DNA of 57,221 bases from a bacterium (GCA_963663405.2 CAXXSM010000096.1:1-57221); one strand, 5' to 3'. Shown: positions 19,787 to 30,646, counted from the first letter of the stretch. Notes: generated from the sequence alone by a model not told the origin. Numbers and translations are program-made.

Positions 19787-21153
19787 ATGGAAGAACAAAG
19801 AACTAAACAAGCAGCGGCGAATCAAAAACACGCGTCGGCCGTCATCGTCGGACGTCCGAATGTGGGAAAATCAACCCTATTCAATCGGATCATCGGCAAA
19901 CGGGACGCGATTGTCGACGACCAGCCCGGCGTCACCCGTGACAGCAAGTTCAAACAGGCGGAATGGCGGGGTAAAGGATTCTGGCTGGTCGACACCGGCG
20001 GCTTCTTCGGTCCGGACGACGATCCGCTTTCTCCCGCCGTCCAGGAACAGATCGAACGAACCGCCCGTACCGCGTCTGTGTTAATTATGATCCTAGACGC
20101 GCAGACCGGCCCCACACCACTCGACAGCGATGTGCTCGATCTGCTGCGCCGCTTCCATATCCCCATTGTCGCCGCCGTCAACAAGGTGGATAATCCAGCG
20201 GCGGAATGGGAATTGATTGCGCCCTTTTATGAACTTGGATTCAGCGAGATTTTTCCCATCTCCGCGATGCACGGCACGGGCACAGGCGACATGCTGGACG
20301 CGGTCGTAGAATACCTGCCCGATGACGCCCCCTTCGAGCCGGAACCGATCCCTGGAATCGCCATCATCGGCCGACCCAATGTGGGAAAATCAACTCTGCT
20401 GAATGGCTTGTGCGGAACCGACCGCTCGATAGTCTCCCCCATCGCAGGCACAACCCGCGATCCCGTCGATACAGAAATTGAAGTCAACGGGAAACGGTAT
20501 CTTCTGATCGACACCGCCGGAATTCGCCGCCGTGGGAAAATGAGCCAGGGATTGGACCGCTACAGCCTCTTGCGAGCTAAAAAAGCGCTGGACCGCTGCG
20601 ATCTCGCGTTAATGTTGATCAACGCGGAAGAAGGGCTGACCGAAAGTGACGCCGTGTATTCGGCCTCGCCAAAGACGCGGGGAAAGCGGCGATCATTCTC
20701 GTCAATAAATGGGATCTGGTTGAAAAAGATCAGGACAGCGCCGGGACCTTCGCGAAGAATGTCCGTGACGAGGTTCCCTTTCTCCATTACGCGCCGATCG
20801 AGTTCATCTCCGCTTTGACAAAAAAGCGGATTCACCGGATTTTTCCCCACGTGGAAGAGATTCTGGACAATTATTATTTCCGGGTCCCCACAGCGGAATT
20901 GAACACGCTTCTGGAAGGGATTCTGCAAAGGCATCCACCACCCGTCCATCGAGGACAGGCGCCAAGGATCTACTACTGGACTCAGGTCTCCGCCGGGCCT
21001 CCCACATTCATCGCGTTCGTCAGCGACCCGAAGGCTATCCATTTTTCTTACCAGCGTTATCTGATCAACCGGCTGTATGAAACGTTTGAATTTAAGGGAA
21101 CGCCGTTGCGTCTTTTCTTAAAACAGCGGGGAAAAGAGAAACGAAATGACTGA
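19787..21153 (+). CDS. der: Ribosome biogenesis GTPase Der/EngA (one apparent frameshift near 20652)
   Basis: Two GRPNVGKSTL P-loops, DTGG/DTAG, VNKVD; adding one C restores VNKWD and the KH-like C-terminus ending FKGTPLRL. Confidence 0.92.
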
Positions 21154-21778
21154 AGTGGTTTTATTGCTCCTCGCCTATCTGCTTGGTTCGATCCCTTCCG
21201 CCTATCTCGCAGGCAAGTGGGGAAAGGGAATCGACCTGCGCAAGGTCGGAAGCGGCAACTTGGGATTCACGAACGCGCTACGCGCTTTGGGAGTAAAATG
21301 GAGCGTGCCCGTTCTTTTGTTTGACGTCTTAAAAGGATACGTGGCGGTCTGGCTGGCGCAAACGTATTCACCCGGACACGAACTCTTTGTGATCGTCTGC
21401 GGCTTAGTAGCGATCCTTGGCCATAACTGGACAATATTCTTAGGATTTAAAGGCGGCGGAAAAGGCGTGGCCGCTTCCGCCGGCGTATTTTTCGCATTGA
21501 CGCCCATCTGCTTCGCGATCGCGCTGGCCGCATTTCTTGTCATATTAATCACCACGCGATACATGTCCCTGGCGTCCATGACGCTTGGGATTACTCTCGC
21601 GGGCGCAGGAACCTGCTTCCGGTGGGCTGGATCAGATCTGGCGCCATCGATCGAAGTCTACATTTTTTCGGTCATCGCGGCTGTATTAATTGTCATCCGT
21701 CATCAATCCAATATCAAACGGCTGATGACAGGCACAGAAAAGAAATTCGGAGCCAAAGAAGAGGAGAACCAACAATAA
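21146..21778 (+). CDS. plsY: Glycerol-3-phosphate 1-O-acyltransferase
   Basis: YLLGSIP, GSGNLGFTN, GH.W..F.GFKGGGKGVA and RHQSNIKRL motifs; adjacent to der. Confidence 0.93.
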   Translation: MTEVVLLLLAYLLGSIPSAYLAGKWGKGIDLRKVGSGNLGFTNALRALGVKWSVPVLLFDVLKGYVAVWLAQTYSPGHELFVIVCGLVAILGHNWTIFLGFKGGGKGVAASAGVFFALTPICFAIALAAFLVILITTRYMSLASMTLGITLAGAGTCFRWAGSDLAPSIEVYIFSVIAAVLIVIRHQSNIKRLMTGTEKKFGAKEEENQQ

Positions 21779-22519
21779 ATGGATATCATACCAGCAATCG
21801 ATCTGCGGGGTGGAAATGTCGTCCGCCTGCTGCGCGGTGAATACAACCAAGAAACTATCTACTCCAATACCCCCGCTGAAATCGCAAAGAAATGGGAAAC
21901 CGCCGGCGCGGGGATTATTCACTTAGTCGACCTGGATGGAGCCCGTGACGGAGAAATGAAAAACCGTCAGGCGATTCAATCCATCACACAAACTGTCAAT
22001 GTCACAACAGAACTGGGCGGCGGTCTTCGGGATGTGGAATCAGTGGACATGGTATTGGAAAGACTGGGCGTCGGCCGGGCAATCTTTGGCAGCGTTCTCC
22101 TTGAAGCCCCACAAGTGGCAATCGACGCGGCCCAAAAATATCCTCAGCGGATCATTCTCGGCATCGACGCGCGTGATGGAAACATGGCCACACGCGGCTG
22201 GCGGGAAACGAGCGCTATCAAAGCGACTGTATTAGTGCAAGAATTCGCCGCGCATCCCTTCGCCGCCGTGATTTATACCGATATCGCCAAAGACGGCACG
22301 CTCGAAGGTCCGAACTTGGATGCGATCGAAGAAATGGCCGAAGTGTCCCCATTCCCCATTATCGCTTCCGGAGGCATCGGCTCGCTGGACGATATCCGCT
22401 CCGTTTTTGAATTGAATCGCTCCTTGGGTGGTGATAAAATAACGGGGATCATCACAGGGAAAGCGGTCTATGAAGGCAAATTCACCATCGAGCAGGCTAT
22501 CGAAGCGGTAAAATCCTGA
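21779..22519 (+). CDS. hisA: Phosphoribosylformimino-5-aminoimidazole carboxamide ribotide isomerase
   Basis: IIPAIDL.GG.VVRL..G, HLVDLDGA, GGGLR, TDIAKDGTLEGPN and ASGG motifs. Confidence 0.95.
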   Translation: MDIIPAIDLRGGNVVRLLRGEYNQETIYSNTPAEIAKKWETAGAGIIHLVDLDGARDGEMKNRQAIQSITQTVNVTTELGGGLRDVESVDMVLERLGVGRAIFGSVLLEAPQVAIDAAQKYPQRIILGIDARDGNMATRGWRETSAIKATVLVQEFAAHPFAAVIYTDIAKDGTLEGPNLDAIEEMAEVSPFPIIASGGIGSLDDIRSVFELNRSLGGDKITGIITGKAVYEGKFTIEQAIEAVKS

Positions 22520-22523
22520 CTCG

Positions 22524-23246
22524 GTGTTTGAAAGTGACGCGATGGTGAACGTCATTTCCACTCTCTATGGAATCGCGCTGATTCTCGAACTGTTCGCCCT
22601 CCTTCTCGTTGGACGCCTGATTTACAATTCGACGAAACGATTCCGCCGCCATCCCGTCACGAAAGATCGTCTGCGGGCTGGGATGTTTACGCGCGATATC
22701 CTGATGGGAATGAGTTCGCTGATCATTTTTGTTTTCGGGTTGGCGGTGCTCAACTTTGCGATGTTTTTACAGTGTTATCGCGTATTCGCGATGGGGGAAC
22801 CGGTCGCCCGCGTCATTATCACTCCCAGTGACGCTAAAAACGAATTCTCCGTGCAGATCCAGGAACTCGGCCAACCACTCTCCAAGCATGTATCCCCCGA
22901 TTTCCGCGATTATTTCATTAAAGGCGACAAATGGACTGTCGAAGGCAACATCATCCGCTTTCACCCCGCGTTGAATTTATTAGGATTCCGCCCCGTCTAT
23001 GAACTGACGCGAATTCAAGGCGGTTATTTTTCTATTGATGATGAACTTAAAAAAGAACGGACGGTTTATTCCATGGTCGATCGCACATCAGAGAATTGGT
23101 GGGAGTGGATGTACAAAAGCGCCGAGACGATGCCCTTTGTAGATCTAGTCTACGGCTCAGCGGTGTCAAACCGGGGAGATGAAAGCAGCCAGTATATCAT
23201 CACCGTAAGCCCATCCGGCCTATCACTTGAGAAAGTTGACAAATAA
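22524..23246 (+). CDS. Uncharacterised membrane protein (two N-terminal TM helices plus soluble domain)
   Basis: Hydrophobic segments followed by GDKW...YELTRIQG.Y...YGSA; co-oriented with hisA. Confidence 0.65.
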   Translation: MFESDAMVNVISTLYGIALILELFALLLVGRLIYNSTKRFRRHPVTKDRLRAGMFTRDILMGMSSLIIFVFGLAVLNFAMFLQCYRVFAMGEPVARVIITPSDAKNEFSVQIQELGQPLSKHVSPDFRDYFIKGDKWTVEGNIIRFHPALNLLGFRPVYELTRIQGGYFSIDDELKKERTVYSMVDRTSENWWEWMYKSAETMPFVDLVYGSAVSNRGDESSQYIITVSPSGLSLEKVDK

Positions 23247-23298
23247 ATACAGGAGGCGCGGCGAACCACAGCCCCCTGTTCGTTTTTCTTCCTATTTC

Positions 23299-25044
23299 CT
23301 AATTCGTCAAATTCTCAATGAAATACAATCCTGTCTTGCCGCCGGTGACAACATCGATATCACCATCGAAATCGATATCCACCGCCCGTGTGGTCATCCC
23401 TGCGCCGATGTTTTCATCATACGTTAGGATATGTTTTGTAAATTGGGGATCAGGGCCTTTTTCGACTTTGTACCAGAAGAGGCAGAGCGGTTCATGCGCG
23501 CCCGGATCACTGCCGTTATGACCACGATAGCGTTTCCCCGCGATGAGATCTTTCGTTCCATCACCATCCAGATCCACGAAGAGAGGGCAATGAATTTGAG
23601 AATACGTATCGTCAATCGTGTGGGAAATCCAGGCGACCCGCCCGGCGCTGTCCCGTGTTTGCTCCAACCAGTACAAGCCGAAATCATGCGCGTGTCCATA
23701 CACAACATCGGGCAGCCCATCGAGATTCAGATCTTCCACCAGAATAGGCACACCGGAATGCGCGGCGTGGAAATTATTATGTTCGTGCCAAATCCATTGC
23801 TGAGTAGCCGGGCGTAATGGTCCTTCGTACCAGCCGGATGGTGTGATCACGTCGCTTCGGCCATCCCCATTGACATCACCGCAGCCCATGCCGTGCCCGC
23901 GTCCTTCTTTCCCGAAAATCCGCCGTTCAAAACCAGTCTTATTTCTCTCTAAACCGACATACGCGAAATATGCGGGCGGTACCACATCGTTATAGCGATT
24001 TACGAGAATATCCGTCATCCCATCACCATCGACATCACTCCCACAAATCGCCTCGGTCCCCGTCAGATCATTGGCGATGATGTGTTCTTTCCAAAGCCCT
24101 CCCGCTTCACCGGGATTCTCGAACCAGGACATGATAGGTGTAAACCAGCCGCCGGATACGATATCCACCCAGCCGTCACGATTCACATCCATCGCCACTT
24201 CGCCATAGTCGCTCATATATTCGCCCTGAATTTCCACATGGCGCAATTCATGCGGTTTCCAATCCGGGCCTTCGTACCAGCGGGGACCGCAGGTGATATC
24301 GAGTTTGCCATCGCGGTTGATATCACAGACCGTGCAGCCTTCGCTGAGCAGGTTATCCAATTGATGGGCTTTGAAAGCGATCGGTGATTTTTTCGCTTTA
24401 TACTGTGGTTTGAGATCTTTGATCCGGATATTTCTGAATTGGACAACTTGATCTTTCAACGATTCACCGCCATGCACCTGCAGACCGATCCGGCCTTTTT
24501 TCGAACCTTCCAACCGCGCGTCCACAACTTTTTGTTTGTCCAGATACACCACGATATGATCCTTCACACAGATAATGCTCATGGTGTACCATTTGACAGA
24601 CTTATGCAGTTGTTTGCTGGCGGACACATGGCGGAAGATACTGCCCGTCGGGTATTCCTTATCAATATCGCTGATCTGAATTTCGTACCCGTATTGCGAC
24701 GGCCGTCCTTCAATTCCTTTGGGCATACGAATCCCGATCCCGCTGTTGCAGTTTTCCGTCATTTTGAATTCCAGCGCGACAACGAAATCATCCCATTCCT
24801 CATCAGTGAAAAACCAGGAATCCTTGCCTACCGTTTGATCCTGTTTCCCAACTAAGACACCTTTATCGACTTCCCATATCCCCGGCCACTGCATCGTCCA
24901 TCCCGTAAAATCACGGCCATTGAAAATTGGCGTATAGCCATCCTTATCCGTGATCACCAGCGGCTCATCCGCGCCTACAGGCGGTGTGAACAACGAAGCC
25001 AATACCAACACACATACCAAAAGAATTCCTCTGTACATTATCAA
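23299..25044 (-). CDS. Secreted DUF1080 (3-keto-disaccharide hydrolase-like) plus FG-GAP/VCBS repeat protein
   Basis: Signal peptide; IFNGRDFTGW, NSGI, YEIQI and GRIGLQVH; repeated DxNxDGxxD motifs. Confidence 0.85.
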   Translation of the reverse strand: MIMYRGILLVCVLVLASLFTPPVGADEPLVITDKDGYTPIFNGRDFTGWTMQWPGIWEVDKGVLVGKQDQTVGKDSWFFTDEEWDDFVVALEFKMTENCNSGIGIRMPKGIEGRPSQYGYEIQISDIDKEYPTGSIFRHVSASKQLHKSVKWYTMSIICVKDHIVVYLDKQKVVDARLEGSKKGRIGLQVHGGESLKDQVVQFRNIRIKDLKPQYKAKKSPIAFKAHQLDNLLSEGCTVCDINRDGKLDITCGPRWYEGPDWKPHELRHVEIQGEYMSDYGEVAMDVNRDGWVDIVSGGWFTPIMSWFENPGEAGGLWKEHIIANDLTGTEAICGSDVDGDGMTDILVNRYNDVVPPAYFAYVGLERNKTGFERRIFGKEGRGHGMGCGDVNGDGRSDVITPSGWYEGPLRPATQQWIWHEHNNFHAAHSGVPILVEDLNLDGLPDVVYGHAHDFGLYWLEQTRDSAGRVAWISHTIDDTYSQIHCPLFVDLDGDGTKDLIAGKRYRGHNGSDPGAHEPLCLFWYKVEKGPDPQFTKHILTYDENIGAGMTTRAVDIDFDGDIDVVTGGKTGLYFIENLTN

Positions 25045-25155
25045 CTTCCTTTCTAACGTGAATCTAAAAACGTTTCGAGTTAATGCTATCCTATCGCAAC
25101 CCTCCCAACGGTTATAGCCCGAAAGGACCTTATAAAAGACGGTTCATTTAGTCAT

Positions 25156-26433
25156 TCAACGCAGCGCCCGCAATGTATCCTCAAAACGATCTAAAAAAGC
25201 ATCGCAAATCGATTCATCGTGAGCGATCGACAAATAAAGTTTTGTACCCATAGGATTCAAGAAGATTCCACGCTCGAAGAGTCCCAGCGACACACGGCGC
25301 GCGAAGGCGCTGTCTTGATGCTGCGCGCTTCGATAATCCCGAACGGTCCGATCCGTGAAAATCGATTGCGCCAAGGGGCCATCGCCGATGATTGAACCCG
25401 TGATTCCCAGGTCGTTCAACACGGTCTTCATCCCCGATCGAAGATACCGGCCAAGTTCATGCAATCTCTTATACACACCTTCTTGCGATAAGATAGACAG
25501 CGCCGCGCGCGCCGCTGCGGTGGATACAGGATTCCCCCCTAACGTTGACGCGCTCCACACGTATGTGTCAACATGCATTCGGTCTTCACACACAATCCGC
25601 ATGATCTCCCGTCGCCCCCCATACACTCCAATAGGATACCCGCCCCCAAGCGCTTTCCCATACGCGATCAAATCCGGCGTGACGCCATAGTACGTTTGCG
25701 CGCCACCGTAGGCCAAACGGAATCCGGTGACGACTTCATCAAACAGCAAAAGAATTTCGTGTTTCTGTGTGAGATCGCGCAAACCTTGTAAAAATCCCGG
25801 TTCCGGCGATGTGCAACGCTGCAGAGGCTCGACAATCACACCCGCGAGTTCGTCTTTATTTTGTTCGACAATACGCGTCACCGCTTCCAGGTCATTAAAT
25901 GGAGCGATCAAAACGTTCTTCGTCTGCTCTGGATCGCCGCCGGAACAGGTTGGATCGGCGTGAGGATAGTTAGGAGCCGAAATAGGAAATAAACTCGCGG
26001 CGCCGAGATCATGCGCGCCATGATAGGCGCCTTCAAACTTCATTATCTTCGACCGGCGCCGGTATGCGCGAGCGAGCCGGACGCAATACAACGTCGCTTC
26101 CGTGCCAGACGCGCAAAAGCGCATTTGTTCGCACGCTGGACTCAGGCGGATCAGTTCTTCCGCCAATAAAAGCGCGTTTTCATTCACAAAAGCGAAATTG
26201 GACCCAAGTTCACATTGCCGCTTCACCGCGTCAACAACTTGAGGATGGGCGTGCCCAACCAACACCGATCCCCAGCCCATCGAAAAATCCCAAAAACACC
26301 GGCCATGAATATCCCACAATTCACAGCCGTTCCCCTTTTGGATAGCTGTGACGAATTCAGAAGGAAGATTAAATTCCCCATTGGACGAACCTGCGGGAAA
26401 ACAGGTCAAAATACGTTGTTGATCTGTACTCAA
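25156..26433 (-). CDS. Class III PLP aminotransferase, glutamate-1-semialdehyde aminomutase-like
   Basis: SGTEAT, KFEGAYHG, FDEVVTGFR and GKALGGGYPIG motifs; substrate uncertain. Confidence 0.85.
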   Translation of the reverse strand: MSTDQQRILTCFPAGSSNGEFNLPSEFVTAIQKGNGCELWDIHGRCFWDFSMGWGSVLVGHAHPQVVDAVKRQCELGSNFAFVNENALLLAEELIRLSPACEQMRFCASGTEATLYCVRLARAYRRRSKIMKFEGAYHGAHDLGAASLFPISAPNYPHADPTCSGGDPEQTKNVLIAPFNDLEAVTRIVEQNKDELAGVIVEPLQRCTSPEPGFLQGLRDLTQKHEILLLFDEVVTGFRLAYGGAQTYYGVTPDLIAYGKALGGGYPIGVYGGRREIMRIVCEDRMHVDTYVWSASTLGGNPVSTAAARAALSILSQEGVYKRLHELGRYLRSGMKTVLNDLGITGSIIGDGPLAQSIFTDRTVRDYRSAQHQDSAFARRVSLGLFERGIFLNPMGTKLYLSIAHDESICDAFLDRFEDTLRALR

Positions 26434-26453
26434 TCGTTTATCCTTATATCGCG

Positions 26454-27686
26454 TTATTGCACGAGCAAACCGTCAATCCGTTCCGCCAGCGCCACTCCCA
26501 TCCGCCGGTGCCCCTCCGCCGTGTAATGGCATTCATCAACAAATTCCTCACGGAACACGGCTTCCGCCTCAATCGGATCGGTCACGTCTCCCACAATCGC
26601 CGCCCGTCCATCGATCACCGGGATCGAATGCGCCTTCGCCACATCATAGAAAATCATAAAGTAACTTCGCTCACTGCGCAGCACCGATTCCCCAAACAAC
26701 GAACCGGTCGCCCGGTGTTCGGCGAACGCATCCCTGGCTTTTTTCTCGTTCCCGATTTTCTGATAACTCAATCCCAAATAATAACGGCTTTCCGTATACG
26801 ACCGGTTGGGAATCGTGTTGAACGCTTCTTGAATCGTTTCAATGGCTTCCTCTGGATCTCCTTCGTCGTAATACCGGGCGGCCTGCTCCACAAGCCCAAA
26901 CGCGCTGGGATCTTGATAGACCAGCAGGAACACCAATTGAATATCATTGTCCTGACAGATTGAAACCGCTCGCAACAGTTCCTCCCGGAAGGTGTTTTCA
27001 GGCACGCGAGGAAACACCTCATCCAAGGGCGGGGAATTTTCCTTAATTTTCTTGATCTTGCGTTCCCCGATTTCACACAACATGCCAAAGAACATATTGC
27101 TCCACGACAAAACACCCACGAAGCTTCGCAGCCGGGCGATGATGGCAAACGAGCGGGAGGAATCCGGCGCGCGGGTGATAATATAACGCCGGTCGTTATA
27201 TCCCGGCGCGAACACAACCGTATCCGGTTTATATTTCAGCATGCGTTCCAGCTGCGCCCGGCACTGAACCGCCGAGAATCCATGCGTCCCCGCGTTGATG
27301 ACCTCTACATCGCGCCCGCGTTCCCGCAGTTCCTTCTGCAACACGGCGGAATAGGTTTCTTCATTTTCAACGCCGAAGCCATAGGTGCGCGAATCGCCCA
27401 GTGTAACGATGCGAAAATCAGTGGTTTTCCGCACACCGCAATCACGGGGTGTGCGGAATCCGCTTGAACCGGTTTGAATTTTCTCCCCAAACGCCTCACC
27501 CGTATAACCCGTCTTCAAACGCCACAACGTCCGCGTATCCCACCGGAACGCCCGGAAATCCGAATCCCGCTGCGCCGCGTACTTCGCCCCCATCCGGATT
27601 TCCAAACCGATATAACAAAGCAACAAAATCATATAAGCCAACCGCTTTTTCTCTTTCGCGGTCTTCGGGAAAAACGCCATAATCAA
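26454..27686 (-). CDS. Membrane-anchored SGNH/GDSL hydrolase with TPR insertion
   Basis: N-terminal TM; LGDSRTYG, INAG, GYND and DECH blocks; YYLGLSYQKIG TPR-like helix pair. Confidence 0.85.
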   Translation of the reverse strand: MIMAFFPKTAKEKKRLAYMILLLCYIGLEIRMGAKYAAQRDSDFRAFRWDTRTLWRLKTGYTGEAFGEKIQTGSSGFRTPRDCGVRKTTDFRIVTLGDSRTYGFGVENEETYSAVLQKELRERGRDVEVINAGTHGFSAVQCRAQLERMLKYKPDTVVFAPGYNDRRYIITRAPDSSRSFAIIARLRSFVGVLSWSNMFFGMLCEIGERKIKKIKENSPPLDEVFPRVPENTFREELLRAVSICQDNDIQLVFLLVYQDPSAFGLVEQAARYYDEGDPEEAIETIQEAFNTIPNRSYTESRYYLGLSYQKIGNEKKARDAFAEHRATGSLFGESVLRSERSYFMIFYDVAKAHSIPVIDGRAAIVGDVTDPIEAEAVFREEFVDECHYTAEGHRRMGVALAERIDGLLVQ

Positions 27687-27755
27687 TCAATCCAAAAAAT
27701 ATAGTATGAATACATAGGAAATAGATTAGTGGGGGAAGAAGCGGTGGTACAGGGT
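27610..27755. repeat. Direct repeat copy 1 (upstream region and first ~25 codons of the SGNH gene)
   Basis: ATATAAC...GGTACAGGGT, nearly identical to 30647..30791. Confidence 0.95.
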
Positions 27756-27838
27756 TCAGTGGAAAAGCAACGCAAGAGACCGCAATTAAAAAATCCAATA
27801 ACTCAATCGAGGTATTAAAATATATCCAATAATACACG

Positions 27839-30373
27839 CTAATAAAAAATCCAATCTCTCACGGGAACGCATTTTTCGCATTGATATGGATCTATATTCT
27901 TTTGAGGGGAATATGCGATACCTTTGAGCAAGTCAGCTTGAATATCCCATTCCGCTGTGCCCAGTTGTTCACAAAGTATCCCGACATCTTCACAATCAAA
28001 TTCATCCAGGCGATTGTACCGGATGTCCACTGCATCTCCAACTTCAAAAATTTCCAACAAGCCCATTTCACCTAGATCGGTTAGTTCATTGCCGGAACAA
28101 TTCAAATTACTGAGATAATATATACTGTTTAAATCTAACGAGGTCAGCTGATTCCAACTGCAATTGATATGAGTTAGGAAATAAAAACATTCTCTCTGTA
28201 GATCAAGTTGTGTAAGTTGATTATAAGAGCAATCTAGAGATTGCAACCAATTATCGCAAACCCACATATTACTATCATCATCAGGTATCGTGAGTTTTGT
28301 CAGCTGATTATGCGAACAATCAATCTCGTAGAGATAAATGTTGAGGAATACATCCAATTGTGTAAGTTTGTTATCAGAACAATCTAGGACGCGTAAATTC
28401 TTGTTTTGCGATAAATTTAGGGCAGACAATTCATTGGAAGAGCAGTCTAAAGTTTCAAGCGATTTATTGGAAGAAAGACTTAAATTACTCAAATGATTGT
28501 TCGAGATACGCAATTTTTCAATGACTGAGTTGAATGATACATTCAAATCAGTCAACGCATTCGAACTGCAATCAAGCAGAATTAGTTCAGTGTTTTTTGA
28601 CACATCCAAATGGCTCAACGCATTGATTGAACAATCTAAATTCTGCAACAATGGATTATGGGAAACGTCCAAAATAGAGATCTCATTTGTTGCGCAATTG
28701 AGATCTTCTAGAGAGATGTTTTTTGACACATCCAAGTGACTCAGCGCATTGGCTGAACAATCCAAAATCTGTAATAATGAATTTTGGGAAACGTCCAAAA
28801 CAGCAATCTCATTTGTGTCGCAATATATCTGGCTGAGGGTGGGATTATGCGTAACATCTAGATGTTTTATACTATTGACAGCACAGTTTAATCCCAAAAT
28901 CATGGATTGATTAGATAGGTTAAGATCGGTGATTTCGTTTACAGCGCAATTAAGCACAAGGATAGAGGGATTGTTAGATATATCAATGCTTGGCAGTATA
29001 TTTCGGCTACAGTCAAGGATTTCGAGTTTGGAATTATGAGAAATATCCAGTTCTGAGATTAGATTAGAGCGAAATTGCAGGTTGTTTAGTTCTTTATTCT
29101 GAGAAACGTTTAATGACGTTAATCTATTGAACGAACAATCGAGTTTACTTAAATCGGGGTTCTGAGAAATATCTAAATGCGTCAATTCATTATTGGGACA
29201 AGATAGTTCTTCCAAAACTGGATTTTGGGTAACATTGAGTTCGGTCAATTGATTATTTTCACACCAAATTTCCATAAGTTTTTCGTTTTTCGATACATCC
29301 AATTCTAACAATGGATTGCTTTCGCAATAGAGTATCTCCAAAAAGAGATTCTTCGAGACATCCAAGTGGGTAATCTCATTTTTTGAACATGCGATCCTTG
29401 ACAAACTAGTGTTTTGAGAAATATCCAATTCGGTAAGCCGATTGTTGGAACAATCAAGCGTATCAAGGACGGTATTGTTCGATAATTCTAGGTCCGTAAG
29501 GCGATTGCTAGAGCAATTCAAACCCATTAAAACTGTATTATTTGAAATATCCAAGCGTTCGAGCCTGTTGTTTGAACAGTTGAGACTCCACAAATTCGTT
29601 AAATACTCGATGCCGGTCAGATCACTAATTCTTTTTCCCGAACAATCTATATAAAAAAATATTTTGCTCGCTGCTTCTTCGGCAGTGAAAGAACCGCCGG
29701 ATGAAACTTGCATTAATCCCTCAACAAATGTGCGAAATACAGGATCGGGAAAGTTTTCCGGGGTGTTTATATTACCTGGTGACTCTTTTACTTTGTCGGT
29801 CCGCACATACTCCAAAGCGGTAATCGTATTACCTGAACTTTCAACAAGAATCCCCACAACATTGTAATCTTTGTTAAAGCAAGACACGGATTCGCTGATG
29901 AAATTGGGGCAGATGTCTGTTATAGAATGGTCAGTGTCGATTACGTGGGTTTTGCTAGTATCTAAGTTCGTAAAGTTGATACTACTGAGGTAATTTCCGT
30001 CCTCGTCACAAATATTCGAGGTTTTGAACCATCCAACACGAATCACGCCCCGATCATTAAATTGATCCACGATTCGAAAGACCGCTTCCCAAGTATCTCC
30101 CCACTGAAAATCGTTTTCTTTTTGCACCATGAGAATGTGAGATCTCTGCGATCCAACAGGCAAACCCAAGATGGTTGCCTGTAGTCCAAATCTTTCGCAA
30201 CGGCCATCAGCATCAATATCGACAACTGAACCATTACCACTTTTATACACTTTCCAACAGAGTGTACGGTCAGCTGGATCAAATGATCCATTGCAAATTG
30301 CAAAGGAAAAATTGGCTAGTAGTGAAATAAAGATAAGAACGATAAAACTAAAGTAAAATAAAGTCACTTTCAT
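27839..30373 (-). CDS. Secreted leucine-rich repeat protein (21-aa bacterial LRRs) with C-terminal W-x-F-Y motif
   Basis: Signal peptide ending SFA; FPDPVFR cap; more than 20 LxxLDVSxNxxLxxLxCxxN repeats; ends CVPVRDWIFY. Confidence 0.92.
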   Translation of the reverse strand: MKVTLFYFSFIVLIFISLLANFSFAICNGSFDPADRTLCWKVYKSGNGSVVDIDADGRCERFGLQATILGLPVGSQRSHILMVQKENDFQWGDTWEAVFRIVDQFNDRGVIRVGWFKTSNICDEDGNYLSSINFTNLDTSKTHVIDTDHSITDICPNFISESVSCFNKDYNVVGILVESSGNTITALEYVRTDKVKESPGNINTPENFPDPVFRTFVEGLMQVSSGGSFTAEEAASKIFFYIDCSGKRISDLTGIEYLTNLWSLNCSNNRLERLDISNNTVLMGLNCSSNRLTDLELSNNTVLDTLDCSNNRLTELDISQNTSLSRIACSKNEITHLDVSKNLFLEILYCESNPLLELDVSKNEKLMEIWCENNQLTELNVTQNPVLEELSCPNNELTHLDISQNPDLSKLDCSFNRLTSLNVSQNKELNNLQFRSNLISELDISHNSKLEILDCSRNILPSIDISNNPSILVLNCAVNEITDLNLSNQSMILGLNCAVNSIKHLDVTHNPTLSQIYCDTNEIAVLDVSQNSLLQILDCSANALSHLDVSKNISLEDLNCATNEISILDVSHNPLLQNLDCSINALSHLDVSKNTELILLDCSSNALTDLNVSFNSVIEKLRISNNHLSNLSLSSNKSLETLDCSSNELSALNLSQNKNLRVLDCSDNKLTQLDVFLNIYLYEIDCSHNQLTKLTIPDDDSNMWVCDNWLQSLDCSYNQLTQLDLQRECFYFLTHINCSWNQLTSLDLNSIYYLSNLNCSGNELTDLGEMGLLEIFEVGDAVDIRYNRLDEFDCEDVGILCEQLGTAEWDIQADLLKGIAYSPQKNIDPYQCEKCVPVRDWIFY

Positions 30374-30646
30374 TTTTTATCTCCACAGACTCAAATTTTT
30401 ATCTTCGCTAGATACTTTGACAAAAAAATATTTAGACAATAATTCTTTGGGAAATTACCCTATAACTTTAACTCAATACATTTTTTCTCTCTAATTTCTC
30501 CTTTCTTGAATGACGCTCCGCTAAAAAGTCCGTTCTGTGTTTTATCTATTTTTTTCATCCGCTATACATAACATGTCTACCTTAATTTGTAAAGAACATA
30601 ATACTAGATAGTTGTTTTGATAGTATTCAGGATGATTCCCACGTTA

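Noticed and set aside
19757-21153. der, nrdJ and others as true pseudogenes or programmed frameshifts
   Set aside because: Single indels in short homopolymers in both directions, no other decay, and an essential gene affected; sequencing error is more parsimonious
25156-26433. Assigning hemL
   Set aside because: The family is clear, but the N-terminus lacks the usual PGGVNSPVR motif and no tetrapyrrole genes are adjacent
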